From NCBI GenBank assembly GCA_051959955.1, contig JBQCEU010000181.1, positions 1 through 60,189 of the forward strand: 60,189 nt of DNA. The letters run 5' to 3'. A program made the position numbers and the translations under genes. The first letter of the stretch is position 1. Each line of letters starts with the position of its first letter. The notes under the pieces were generated by a model. The model was not told the DNA's origin, did no database searches, and saw only the letters and a list, made by a program, of their open reading frames with translations. Origin of the DNA: Terriglobales bacterium. GTDB lineage: Bacteria > Acidobacteriota > Terriglobia > Terriglobales > SCQP01. Below are positions 44,941 to 55,400 of this stretch, piece after piece.

Positions 44941-45569
44941 ACCACGTCCTCCTCGCCCAGCGCCACATGGATCAGGTCCCACAGAATATGCAGCAGCGCC
45001 ACGTGCGACTCCTGAATGCGGTGGGTGCTGAAGCTGGGCACGGTGAAACAGTACTCCGCCGCCTCCTGCAGCCGCCCGCCGTCCTTGCCCGAAAAGCCAA
45101 TGGTCAACATCTCCCGCCCGCGCGCCGCCTCCAGTGCATAAATGAGGTTGGGGGAATGGCCAGAGGTTGAAAGCGCCAGCACCATGTCGCCCGCCTTGCC
45201 CCAGAGCTGCAATTGGTCCACGAAGATCTTGGCGAAGTCCTTGTCGTTGCTGATCGCCGTCACCACCGCCGCCTGGCTCACCAGATCGAGCGCCGGCAGC
45301 GCCCGGCGCTTTTCGATGATGGGGTGGATGAACTCCACCGCCACGTGCTGCGCATCGCAGGCGCTGCCGCCGTTGCCCATCACCCACAGCTTGCCGCCTG
45401 CGCGGAAGCTGGCCGCCATGCGCTGGCTCAGCGCGCCGATCTGGTCGGCGTAGGTGGAAAAGAACGTCTGCTTCACCTCCACCGACTCCTGGCACTTGCG
45501 CAGCACCTTGCTGCGCCAAGAGTCGTGGTCATGGGCCAGAGGCTCAATCGCGGGCTCCGCCGGGGTCAT
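44937..45569 (-). CDS. SIS-domain protein (GmhA/DiaA-like) embedded in the hyp genes
   Basis: Contains [30 protein letters not shown] and a C-terminal ESH context, matching the phosphoheptose-isomerase-like SIS fold. It has ATGA and GTGA overlaps with hypD and hypE. Confidence 0.85.
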   Translation of the reverse strand: MTPAEPAIEPLAHDHDSWRSKVLRKCQESVEVKQTFFSTYADQIGALSQRMAASFRAGGKLWVMGNGGSACDAQHVAVEFIHPIIEKRRALPALDLVSQAAVVTAISNDKDFAKIFVDQLQLWGKAGDMVLALSTSGHSPNLIYALEAARGREMLTIGFSGKDGGRLQEAAEYCFTVPSFSTHRIQESHVALLHILWDLIHVALGEEDVV

Positions 45570-46672
45570 GAGTGCGCTCCTTGGGTAAGATGCCGGCCAT
45601 AGGCGTAGTAGGCGGCGCAGGCGCCCTCGGCCGAGACCATGGTGGCGCCCAGCGGATGCAGCGGCGTGCACACCCCGCCAAACGCCGGGCAGTCGTGCGG
45701 CTTCTTGGTGCCTTTCAGAATCTGGCCGCTGATGCACGCCGCCGGCTCGACCGTGTCCACATCCTTCACCTCGAACTTGCGCTCGGCGTCGTGGTCGCGG
45801 TACTCCCAGCGCAGCTTGTAGCCGCTTTTGGGAATCGCGCCCACGCCCCGCCACTTGCGGTCCGCGACCTCGAACACGTCAAACACCACCCGCCGCGCCC
45901 CCGGGTTGCCGTCACGATCGAGAATGCGCGCGTACTGGTTCTCCACCCGGTGCTCGCCCCGCTCCAGTTGCCGCACCGTCATCAGCGTGCCCTGCAGGAT
46001 GTCAAGCGGCTCAAAGCCGGTGATCACGATCGGCACCCGGAAGCGGGCGGCGATGGGTTCGTACTCGCGATACCCCATGATGGCGCACACATGACCCGGC
46101 CCCAAAAACCCCTGCACGCGGTTGTGCGGCGATTGCAGGATGTTGGCGATCGCCGGCGGCACCATGACGTGCGACACCAGCACCGAAAGATTCTTGAGGC
46201 CTTCGGCGTGCGCTTGCGCCACCAGCATGGCATTGGCCGGCGCGGTGGTCTCAAAGCCGATGGCGAAAAACACCACCTCCTTGTCCGGGTGTTGCCGCGC
46301 CAGCTTGAGGCAGTCGAGCGGGGTGTACACCACCCGCACCTGGGCCCCCTGCGCCTGCAGCGTGAACAGATCGCCCGACGATCCCGGCACGCGCAGCATG
46401 TCGCCAAAGGAGCAAAAGATCACCTCCGGCCGCCGCGCGATGGCGTGCGCCTTGTCAATCATCTCCAGCGAGGTCACGCACACCGGGCACCCCGGCCCGT
46501 GCACCAGCTCCAGCCCCTCAGGCAGCATCTGGTCCAGCCCGTGCTTGACGATCGAGTGCGTCTGGCCGCCGCAGACCTCCATCACCACCCAGGGCCGGGT
46601 CTGCACCCGCCGGATCTCGTCCACCAATTGCCGCGCCAGCTTTTGGTCGCGGTACTCGTCCATGAACTTCAT
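45566..46672 (-). CDS. hypD: Hydrogenase maturation protein HypD
   Basis: Begins MKFMDEYRD and contains [19 protein letters not shown] and PGHV, the canonical HypD motifs. Confidence 0.97.
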   Translation of the reverse strand: MKFMDEYRDQKLARQLVDEIRRVQTRPWVVMEVCGGQTHSIVKHGLDQMLPEGLELVHGPGCPVCVTSLEMIDKAHAIARRPEVIFCSFGDMLRVPGSSGDLFTLQAQGAQVRVVYTPLDCLKLARQHPDKEVVFFAIGFETTAPANAMLVAQAHAEGLKNLSVLVSHVMVPPAIANILQSPHNRVQGFLGPGHVCAIMGYREYEPIAARFRVPIVITGFEPLDILQGTLMTVRQLERGEHRVENQYARILDRDGNPGARRVVFDVFEVADRKWRGVGAIPKSGYKLRWEYRDHDAERKFEVKDVDTVEPAACISGQILKGTKKPHDCPAFGGVCTPLHPLGATMVSAEGACAAYYAYGRHLTQGAHS

Positions 46673-46941
46673 CCCTCGTCCCCGCTGCCGCCCACCACCG
46701 GCGCTTCCAGCTCACCCAACTGGTTCAGCTCCTCCAGCGCCCGGTAGGTGCGCTCGGCCTCGGCGGCGTTCACGCAACTGATGGCGAAACCCACATGCAC
46801 CAGCACGTAGTCGCCCACCCCGGCCCCGGGCGTATACGCCAGGCAGGCCTCGCGTGTGATCGCCCCAAACTGCACCCGCGCCATCGGCAGCCCGCGCTGC
46901 TCAAAGGCGCTGACAATCTTGCCCGGTATGGCCAGACACAT
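46669..46941 (-). CDS. hypC: Hydrogenase maturation protein HypC
   Basis: Has the N-terminal [10 protein letters not shown]. Length is 90 aa. Confidence 0.95.
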   Translation of the reverse strand: MCLAIPGKIVSAFEQRGLPMARVQFGAITREACLAYTPGAGVGDYVLVHVGFAISCVNAAEAERTYRALEELNQLGELEAPVVGGSGDEG

Positions 46942-46947
46942 TGGCTT

Positions 46948-49263
46948 CTACTCCCTTCCGGCCTGGGCCAGCGCCACCGCCGCCTGTCCCAGCGCCAACC
47001 CGCCATCGTTGCCCGGCACGCGCCGCGGCACCAGCACCCTCCATCCCCCGGCCTCCAACCCCGTCGCCATGGCGGTCAGCAGCCGGCGGTTCTGAAACAC
47101 TCCGCCGGTCAAACACACCTCGGCGCTTTCCGGTTCACCGCCGGCGGCCGCCCGCAGCCGCTGTAGGGTCTCGACTCCGGCGGCCGCCACGCTGGCGTGA
47201 AAGCGCCGCGCCATCACTTCGATGCGCTCGCCCCGCAGCCGGTCGGCTGCCAGCGCCGCCAGCAGCGGCCCGGGGTCAATTTGCAGCGGATTTCCGGCTA
47301 TCAGCCCGTAGGCATAAGCCTCCGCCTCCGCCCCTTGACCGGCGGCGTTCTCCAGCGCCAGCGCCGCCTCCCCCTCGAAGCTCGCCGTCCAGTGCTCGTC
47401 CACCACCCCCGCGATCGCCGCCGCGGCATCAAACAGACGCCCCACCGAGCTCGTGACCCAGCCCAGCCGCGGCCGCTGGAGCATCTGCTGCTCCAGCTTC
47501 ACCCGCCGCGCGTCCACGTCCGGCCACCATTGCCTGGCCAGCTCCGCCGCCCGCTCTTCGCCCACCGCCTGCTGCAAATGGCCCAGCGCCGCCCGCCAGG
47601 GATGCCGCACCGCCTGCTCGCCGCCTGCCAGCCGCACCGGCCGCCAATGGGCCACCCGCTCAAACCCCCGCCGGTCGGCCCAGAAAAACTCTCCGCCCCA
47701 GATCGTCCCATCGCTGCCGTAGCCGGTCCCGTCCCAGGCTAGGCCCCACACCGGCCGGCGCAGCCCATGCTCGGCCAGGCAGGCCGCCACGTGGGCATGG
47801 TGATGCTGCACCCGCGTCACCTGCCTAATCCCCAGCTCCGCCGCCAGCTCCAGCGCCCAGCGGTTGAGCTGATAGCCGGGGTGAAGGTCGAGCACCAGCC
47901 GCTCCGGGTGCACCTCCAATAGCTTCAGGTAATGCTTCAACGTTTGCCGGTAAACCTGCCAGCACTCCAGGTTTCCCATGTCGCCGATATGCGGCGACAA
48001 GAAAGCCTGCCCGCCCCGGGTGAGACAGAAAGTGTTCTTCAGCTCCGCCCCCGCCGCCCACACCGCCTCGCCGCCACGCCCCACCTCGACCGGCTCGGGC
48101 ACATACCCCCGCGCCCGCCGCAGCAGCCGTACTTCGCCCCGCCAGCACTCGACCACCGAATCGTCCACCCGCGCCGCAATCGGCCGGTTGTGGTCCAGGA
48201 AGCCCTCGGCCACCCCGCCCAGCGCCTGCCGTGCTTCTCCCGCCTCGGTCGCCAGCGGCTCTCCCCCGTGATTGCCGCTGGTCATCACCACGAGCTCCTG
48301 TCCGCTGGCCGCCAGCAGCAGCTCATGCAGAGGGCTGCTGGGCAGCATCACGCCCAGGCGCGGCTGACCCGGGGCCACCGCCGCCGCCAGTTGCCAATCC
48401 GTCGCCGGCCGGCGCTCCAGCAGCACAATCGGCCGCGCCGGGTCTTCCAGCGCCCGCTGTTCGCACTCTGCTATCCGGCACACCCGCGCCGCCGCTGCCA
48501 CATCCCGCGCCAACAGGGCAAACGGCTTGCGCTCCCGTTCCTTCCACCGCCGCAGCCGCTCCACCGGCGCCGCTTGGGCGGCATCACAGGCCAGTTGATA
48601 CCCGCCCACGTTCTTCACCGCCAAAATGCCGCCGCCGGCCAGCAGCCCGCCCGCCCACTGCAGGCTCGCGTTCAGCCGCGGCCCACACGCCGGACAGGCA
48701 TTGGGCTGGGCATGGAAGCGCCGCTCCGCGGCAGCTTCGTACTCACGCCGGCACTCCGCGCACAGCCGGAACCCGGCCAGCGTGGTGCGCGGACGGTCGT
48801 AGGGAAGCGAACCGACGATGGTGTAGCGCGGTCCGCAGTGGGTGCAGTTGGTGAACGCATACCCCTGGCGACGATTGCCGGCCGTCAGGTAGTCGGCGCG
48901 GCAAGCCGCGCACGGCGCCGTGTCGGGCGCCACCCGCGCCGCCGCCTCACCCCCGCCTGCCGCCTCGCTCGTGGCGATGACGAATTGCTGTTCTCCGTGT
49001 GGCGCCACGGCCATGCGGCGCATGTTATCCACCCGCGCCAGCGGCGGAGGCCGCCGCTCCAACTGCTCGACAAACCCGCGCACCGCCGTCTCCGGGCCCT
49101 CGATTTCGACCACTACCCCGGCGGCCGAGTTCCACACCGCTCCCCCCAGCCCCATTTCCGTCGCCATCCGGTACACCCAGGGTCGAAAGCCCACCCCTTG
49201 CACCGCACCGCTGATCTCGATCCGCTGCCGCGCTCTTACCGCCGCCGCCGTCTCCGTGGCCAC
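46948..49263 (-). CDS. hypF: Carbamoyltransferase HypF
   Basis: Has an acylphosphatase domain (GAVQGVGFRPWVY), two CxxC-x18-CxxC zinc fingers, and YrdC-like and Kae1-like domains. I propose the GTG start at 49263; the listed longer ORF would approach the bamA start. Confidence 0.93.
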   Translation of the reverse strand: MATETAAAVRARQRIEISGAVQGVGFRPWVYRMATEMGLGGAVWNSAAGVVVEIEGPETAVRGFVEQLERRPPPLARVDNMRRMAVAPHGEQQFVIATSEAAGGGEAAARVAPDTAPCAACRADYLTAGNRRQGYAFTNCTHCGPRYTIVGSLPYDRPRTTLAGFRLCAECRREYEAAAERRFHAQPNACPACGPRLNASLQWAGGLLAGGGILAVKNVGGYQLACDAAQAAPVERLRRWKERERKPFALLARDVAAAARVCRIAECEQRALEDPARPIVLLERRPATDWQLAAAVAPGQPRLGVMLPSSPLHELLLAASGQELVVMTSGNHGGEPLATEAGEARQALGGVAEGFLDHNRPIAARVDDSVVECWRGEVRLLRRARGYVPEPVEVGRGGEAVWAAGAELKNTFCLTRGGQAFLSPHIGDMGNLECWQVYRQTLKHYLKLLEVHPERLVLDLHPGYQLNRWALELAAELGIRQVTRVQHHHAHVAACLAEHGLRRPVWGLAWDGTGYGSDGTIWGGEFFWADRRGFERVAHWRPVRLAGGEQAVRHPWRAALGHLQQAVGEERAAELARQWWPDVDARRVKLEQQMLQRPRLGWVTSSVGRLFDAAAAIAGVVDEHWTASFEGEAALALENAAGQGAEAEAYAYGLIAGNPLQIDPGPLLAALAADRLRGERIEVMARRFHASVAAAGVETLQRLRAAAGGEPESAEVCLTGGVFQNRRLLTAMATGLEAGGWRVLVPRRVPGNDGGLALGQAAVALAQAGRE

Positions 49264-49361
49264 CCTACGCCCCCCCACTGCCCGATGTTCCTCTCTGCCT
49301 GCGGGGTTGCCGCCCGCTCGACTGGCGCTGCGGCCTCCCCGCCAGCCCGCGCTCGCGTCGT

Positions 49362-52300
49362 ATGATGGGAGGAGCTTTGGGATTGGGGCGGATCCAGTTA
49401 TGGGCGGTCCTTGTGTGCCTTTGCGCCGCGTTGGCGGCACAACAGCCTGCGGCGGTTTCCGCCCCCAACGCCGAAGATTTCACCCTCTATGCCGGCCGCC
49501 CGGTGGTCTCGCTCGAGCTCGCCGGCCAGCCCGCACTGCTCTCCGAGAACGCCGAGGCCGCCTTGCTGGCCAAGCTGCCACAGCAGTCGGGCGCCCCGCT
49601 CGATGTGGACAAAATACAGCAGTCGCTCGTCGTCTTGCGTGACGCTCTGCCCCGCGACCGCGTCACCGGCATCTCCGTGCACGTGGTCCCCGAAGTCGCC
49701 GGCATCCGCGTCCAGTTCCTGCTCGAGCCGGCGGAGTATTTTGGCGTCTTTCAGTTTCCCGGGGCGCTCCGTTTTCCCTATCTGCGCCTGATGGAGGCCA
49801 GTCAATATGCCAACCAATCCCCCTACAGCAGCCAAAGCCTGCAAACCGCGCTCACCGGCTTGCGGGATTTCTTTCGCCAGGAGGGCTACTTCCAGGCGGT
49901 GGTGCGGCCCCGCATCCAGGCGCTCCCGGTGCAAGGGTTGGTCAACGTTGATTTCGACACCGTCCTCGGCCGCCGCGCCCGCTACGGCGCGCTGACTTTT
50001 CAGGGCGCCACCGCCGCCCAGTCGCAGCGCATGCGCGCCCAGCTCACTTCCTGGACCGCCCGCCTGCTGCGCCGTTCCGTCATTCCCGGCCATACCTATT
50101 CCCTGCAGCGTCTCCAGGCCGCCGCCGCCAACCTGCAGTCCAGTCTCAACGACGAGGGCTTTCTGGGCGCCCAGGTGACGTTGGCCGGCGCCCGCTACCA
50201 CCAGGACACCAACCTCGCCGACATCACCTTCGAGGTCAAACCCGGCCCCCGGGTCGAACTCCAGGTCACCGGCGCCCATCTCTGGCCCTGGACCCGTCAC
50301 AGCCTGCTGCCCATCACCAGCGAAAGCAGCGTGGACCCCCTGCTGGTGCAGGACGGACAGGAGAACCTCGCCAACTACTTCGCCTCCCAGGGCTACTTCA
50401 CCGCTCAGGTCACCACCACGGTTCAGACCACCGCCCCTGGCGGCGCAACCGAAACCCGCGTCACCCAAGCCTCGGCCGCGGCTCTCGCTCCGCCTCCGCC
50501 TCCGCCTCCGGCCCCGGCCGCGCCGCCGGCGGCGAAATCCATCGTCTATAAGATTGATAAAGGACCGCGCCACGACGTGGTCGGCATCAGCTTCAGCGGC
50601 AACCGATTCTATGCCCGCGAGGATCTGCTGCCGCTGGTCAAGATTCAGACTGCCGGCGTGTTCAGCCACGGCAATTTCAGCCAGGCGCTGCTGCGGCAAA
50701 GCGTCAGCAATATCGAAACCCTCTATCAGAACTCCGGCTACAGCAGCGTCGCGGTCACGCCCGTGATCACCCACCCCGGCGGCAATCTGGCGGTTAACTT
50801 CAAAATCGTCGAGGGCCCTCAGGACTTTGTCCAATCCCTCAGCATTGAGGGCAACATTGTCAGCCCCGACCTCTTCGCTCCCCAGGGGCTGATGATCGGC
50901 ACCGGCACCCCCTTTGCCCAGCAGCTCATTGCTCAGGACCGCGCTCAGATTCTCGCCTACTACCTCTCCCACGGCTACCTCAACGCCACCTTCCGCGCCA
51001 GCGCCCAGCGTCTGGCCGGCCAACGCCATCTGGTCAATGTCATCTATCACATCTCCGAAGGGCCCCAGGTGCGCGCCCGCCGCATCCTTTTCTCCGGCGC
51101 GCAGTACACCCAGCCGCGCCTGCTCCAGCGCCTCACCTCCAACCTCGTGCCTGGCGCCTTCGTCACCGAAAACGACCTGCTCACCGCCGAAAGCCGCCTC
51201 TACAGTCCCGGCATCTTCGATTGGGCCACCGTCGCGCCGCGCCGCCCGATTACCGACCAGACCAACGCCGACGTGGTGGTGAAAGTGCACGAAGCCGCCC
51301 GCAATTCGCTGGTCTATGGCTTCGGTTTCGACCTCACCAACCGCGGCGGCAGCGTGCCTTCTGGAACCGTCGCGCTGCCCGGCCTGCCGGTCGTCGGCCT
51401 GCCCAGCAACTTCACCACCAGCCAGGCCACCTTCTTCGGTCCCAGCGTCAACGCCCAGTACACCCGCCTCAACTTTACCGGCAACGCCTCCACGCTCAGC
51501 CTCGGCGGCTATGCCGGCCGGCTCGATCAGCGCGGCTCGATTACCTACGCCAACCCCTACCTGTTCTGGTCCTCGTTCAGCGGCAACCTCTTGCTGTCGG
51601 CCGAGCACGACGCCCAAAACCCCATCTTCACCGCGCGCACCGGCGAGGCCAGCTACCAGCTTGAGCGCCCGCTCAACCCCGACCGCACCACCAATCTTTT
51701 CCTGCGCTACGGCTACAGCCAGACCCTCCTCACCCGCCTGCTTATCCCCGACCTGGTGCCCGAGCGTGACCGCAATATCCACCTCTCCACCCTCTCGGCC
51801 ACCTTCCTGCGCGACACCCGCGACAATCCCCTCGACGCCCACAAGGGCATCCTGGAGAGCTACGAGCTCGATTTCAGCGCCCAGGCGCTGGGCTCGAGCG
51901 TGACCTTCTCCAAACTGCAGACGCAAACCGCCTATTACCGGCAGATGGCGGATGGTATCGTCTGGGCCAACAGCCTGCGCCTCGGCCTCGCCCACGCCTA
52001 CGGCTCCAGCTTCGTGCCCCTCAGCCAGGCCTTTTTCACCGGCGGCGGCAGCACCCTGCGCGGCTTCCCCCTCGACGGCGCCGGACCGCAGAAAACCATT
52101 CCCGCCTGCAGTAATCCCAACGACCCTTCCACCTGCACCCTCATCCAGGTGCCGGTGGGCGGCAACGAGCTGCTGATCTTCAACTCCGAGTTGCGCATCC
52201 CTACCCCGCAAATCTGGGATCACCTCGGGCTGGCGCTCTTCTACGACGGCGGCAACGTCTTCGACCACGCCGGCCTCAACAGCATCGGCGCCAGCTACAC

Positions 52301-52433
52301 CAACAGCATCGGCGTCGGCCTGCGCTACCAAACCGCGGTCGGCCCCATCCGCCTGGATCTCGGACATAACCTTAACGGCCTGCCCGGCGTCCAATCCACT
52401 CAGTTCTTCATCACTCTGGGGCAGGCGTTCTGA
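49362..52433 (+). CDS. bamA: Omp85-family outer-membrane protein assembly factor (BamA/TamA-like) with POTRA domains
   Basis: Has a signal peptide and POTRA-like repeats. The C-terminal beta-barrel carries RGF (STLRGFPLDG) and ends in F (TLGQAF). Length is 1023 aa. Confidence 0.9.
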   Translation: MMGGALGLGRIQLWAVLVCLCAALAAQQPAAVSAPNAEDFTLYAGRPVVSLELAGQPALLSENAEAALLAKLPQQSGAPLDVDKIQQSLVVLRDALPRDRVTGISVHVVPEVAGIRVQFLLEPAEYFGVFQFPGALRFPYLRLMEASQYANQSPYSSQSLQTALTGLRDFFRQEGYFQAVVRPRIQALPVQGLVNVDFDTVLGRRARYGALTFQGATAAQSQRMRAQLTSWTARLLRRSVIPGHTYSLQRLQAAAANLQSSLNDEGFLGAQVTLAGARYHQDTNLADITFEVKPGPRVELQVTGAHLWPWTRHSLLPITSESSVDPLLVQDGQENLANYFASQGYFTAQVTTTVQTTAPGGATETRVTQASAAALAPPPPPPPAPAAPPAAKSIVYKIDKGPRHDVVGISFSGNRFYAREDLLPLVKIQTAGVFSHGNFSQALLRQSVSNIETLYQNSGYSSVAVTPVITHPGGNLAVNFKIVEGPQDFVQSLSIEGNIVSPDLFAPQGLMIGTGTPFAQQLIAQDRAQILAYYLSHGYLNATFRASAQRLAGQRHLVNVIYHISEGPQVRARRILFSGAQYTQPRLLQRLTSNLVPGAFVTENDLLTAESRLYSPGIFDWATVAPRRPITDQTNADVVVKVHEAARNSLVYGFGFDLTNRGGSVPSGTVALPGLPVVGLPSNFTTSQATFFGPSVNAQYTRLNFTGNASTLSLGGYAGRLDQRGSITYANPYLFWSSFSGNLLLSAEHDAQNPIFTARTGEASYQLERPLNPDRTTNLFLRYGYSQTLLTRLLIPDLVPERDRNIHLSTLSATFLRDTRDNPLDAHKGILESYELDFSAQALGSSVTFSKLQTQTAYYRQMADGIVWANSLRLGLAHAYGSSFVPLSQAFFTGGGSTLRGFPLDGAGPQKTIPACSNPNDPSTCTLIQVPVGGNELLIFNSELRIPTPQIWDHLGLALFYDGGNVFDHAGLNSIGASYTNSIGVGLRYQTAVGPIRLDLGHNLNGLPGVQSTQFFITLGQAF

Positions 52434-55400
52434 TGGCAGGCGGACTCAACTGGCGGGCTGGGCTGAAGTGGACGGCTGTTGCGATCGCCGCCGTCGTGGT
52501 GGTCGTGGTGGCCGCGGCTTATCTGATCTTTTCCAGCAGCCGCTTCCAGCGCTGGGCTGGCCGCAAGGCAGAAGCCGCGGCTTCTCAGGCGCTGGGGACC
52601 CCGGTCCACATCACCAACTTGCGCCTGCAAGGGTTTGGCCTTTCGCCCTCCGCCGATGTCTCGAGCTTCTCCATCGCCGGCCGTGGGCCGGCGGCCGCCC
52701 CGCCGCTGCTCACCGTGGATCACGCCCACGTCGCGGTGCGCATCACCTCCCTCTGGCGCCGCACCTGGCAGCTCGAAACTGTCGAACTCGACCATCCGGT
52801 CGTCCACCTCCGCGTCGCCGCCGACGGTTCCACCAACCTTCCCCAACCCCCGCGGGGCGGCGGCCAGGGTCCGGACATCTTCCAGCTCGGCATCCGTCAC
52901 CTCGCCCTTCGCCAAGGTGAAGTGTTTATCAATGACCGTCAGGCGTTGCTTGCTGCCGATCTGCGCTCGCTCGCGCTCAACGCCACCTTCGATCCTGCCA
53001 CTGAGCGCTATACCGGCGGCCTCGCCTATCAGCAGGGCAGTATCACTTGGGACAAGCACGCTTCGCTGTCCCACAGCCTTTCTCTCGCCTTTGATGCCGG
53101 CCGCGACGGGCTGAAGATTCCCCGCCTCTCGCTGACCAGCGATGCCCTGACCGTCACCGCTTCTGCCGTCATGCCCCGCTATGTGCCCCCCCAGGCCGAG
53201 GTGCAATATCGCATGCAGTTGGCGCTGGCCGGCTTGCGTCCGCTGGTCGGCGAACGCAACCTGCCGCGCGGCGCCGTGGACGTCGAAGGCACGGCAGCCT
53301 GGCGCAACGATCACTTCACCGCCCAGGGCCATTTCACCAGTTCAGAACTTGTGACCACCGCCGCCGCGCTGAGCCTTCCGGTGCGCAACCTCTCGGGTCA
53401 GTATCAGTTCACCGGCCGCGATCTCACGGTCAGCGGCATCGGCGCTGCCGTGCTCGGCGGTTCGCTGCGCGCCGAGGCCGTGGTCCACGATGTCGGCGGC
53501 CGCAACCAGGGCAGCTTCCACGCCCGCCTGAGCGGCGCGCGGCTGGAGCGCGTTGCCCGGCTGGCGCCCGCCGGCGGCCGCACGCTGGGTGAGCTGGGCA
53601 TTGCCGGCATCGCCGCCGGCGAAGCCACCGGAGCGTGGCAGGGCCGCTTCGACACGCTGGTGCTTCGTACCCAGGCCAGCCTTCAGGCCGGGGTCCAGGG
53701 CCAGCCCCTCACGGCCTCGCTCAACGCGGTCTACGACGCCCAGCGGCAGCTTCTCACCCTTGCGGACACCAAGCTGGAAACCGCCGGGCTCAACCTCACC
53801 GCCAACGGAACGCTCACCGCCGGCGGAGCTGGCGCCATCGCTCTCCAGACCACATCCCCGAACCTCGGCCAGGCCGAAGCCCTGGCGGCTCGCCTGGCTG
53901 TTGCGCTCGGCCGTCCGCTGCCGCCCTTGGGCCTCTCCGGGCAGGCGACCTTCCATGGCAGCATCGCCGGCCCGCTGGCTGCGCCGCACATCGCCGGCCA
54001 CTTGCAGGCCGCACCCCTCACCGTGCGCGGCGTGAGCTGGCGCTCCCTGGCCGCCGATGTCAGTGCCGCGCCCGACCGGATCCGCCTGCAGAACGTGCGC
54101 GTGCTGGCAGGCACCGAGGGCCGGATCACGCTCGACGCCACGCTCGGTCTTGCCGCTTGGCGGCCATCTGCGGCCAGCGCGGTTTCGGGCTCCCTCACCG
54201 CCTCCCATTTCGCCCTCGATCAGGTTGCGCCGCTCGTTCCCGGCCGCATGCCGCTGACCGGCATTCTGAACGCCCATGCCGCGCTGCAGGGGACGCTGGC
54301 CGCGCCCCAGGGCGAGGCCGTCGTTGCGGTATCCCAAGCCCATCTCCATATCGGCGGTAAGGATGAACTCGGCGGTGGTCTGCAGTCGTTCACGGTTACC
54401 GCCCATGGCGCCGGTGCGGTCATCACCTTCGATGCCTCCGCCCAGCTTCTCTCCGGTCCGCTCACCGCCCAGGGCAGCTTCAATTACCAGACCCGCTCCT
54501 TCCAAGGCGGGCTCCAGGCCGACAAGATGGCGCTCGATCGCCTGCCGGCCATCACCCGGCGCCGCCTGCCCATCGCCGGCGAGGTGAGCCTGCGCGGCGC
54601 GGGGCAGGGAACTCTCGCCGCCCCCACCTTCCAGCTCACCGCCACCGCGCCCCAGTTGGTGATCGCCGGCCAGACCATCACCGGCCTGCAGCTCGATGCC
54701 CGGCTCCAGGACAGCCGTGTGCACGCCACCTTCGCCGCCACCGCGCTCAAGACCGCCCTCACCGCGCAGGCGGATCTCGGCTGGGGCGGCGCTTGGCCCT
54801 TGCAGGCCCGGCTCGACGCACCGGCCATCCCCATCGCTCCCCTGCTGGTCGCCTTCGCGCCGCAGCAGGCCGAAGGTGTACACGGGCAGACCGAGCTCCA
54901 CGCCACGCTGAGCGGTCCGCTCACTCACCCCGAGGCTCTCCAGGCCCAGGTCACCTTCCCCACCCTTTCGCTTGCCTATGGCAGCACGCTGCGGTTGCAG
55001 GCGGCGCAACCCATCGAGGCGCGTCTCGAGCAGGGCGTGGTGACCCTCCAGCCGGCGCACCTCACCGGCACGGATACCGATCTGCACCTCTCCGGCAGCC
55101 TCCCGCTGCGCGGCAACGTGGCCGCCGCCGCCCTGCATGTGGCCATCAACGGCACCGTGGATGCCAGGCTGCTTGAGGCCTTCGTGCCCAACCTCACCTC
55201 CTCCGGGCGGCTGCAGCTCAATGTCAATGCCGGCGGCACGCTCGCCCAGCCGCACCTGGCGGGCGCCATCCAGATCAGCGATCTGGCCATCAACAACCCG
55301 GACTGGCCGGTGGCGCTGCAAGCCGGCCACGGCGCCCTGCGTCTGGCCGACGACCGCATGGATGTCACCGCCTTCGAGGCCAGCGTGGGCGGCGGCACGC

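Noticed and set aside
50487-50534. A (ccgcct)-type microsatellite-like run inside bamA.
   Set aside because: It is in frame and encodes a Pro/Ala linker (APPPPPPPAPAAPPAA) between domains. I interpret it as a flexible linker rather than a mobile or regulatory repeat. It is mentioned only as a possible slippage-prone site.
49398-52394. A 998-aa minus-strand ORF.
   Set aside because: It is antisense to the Omp85/BamA gene. Its composition is G/A/E/V-rich and repetitive, with no recognisable domain, no plausible start context and no neighbouring operon logic.
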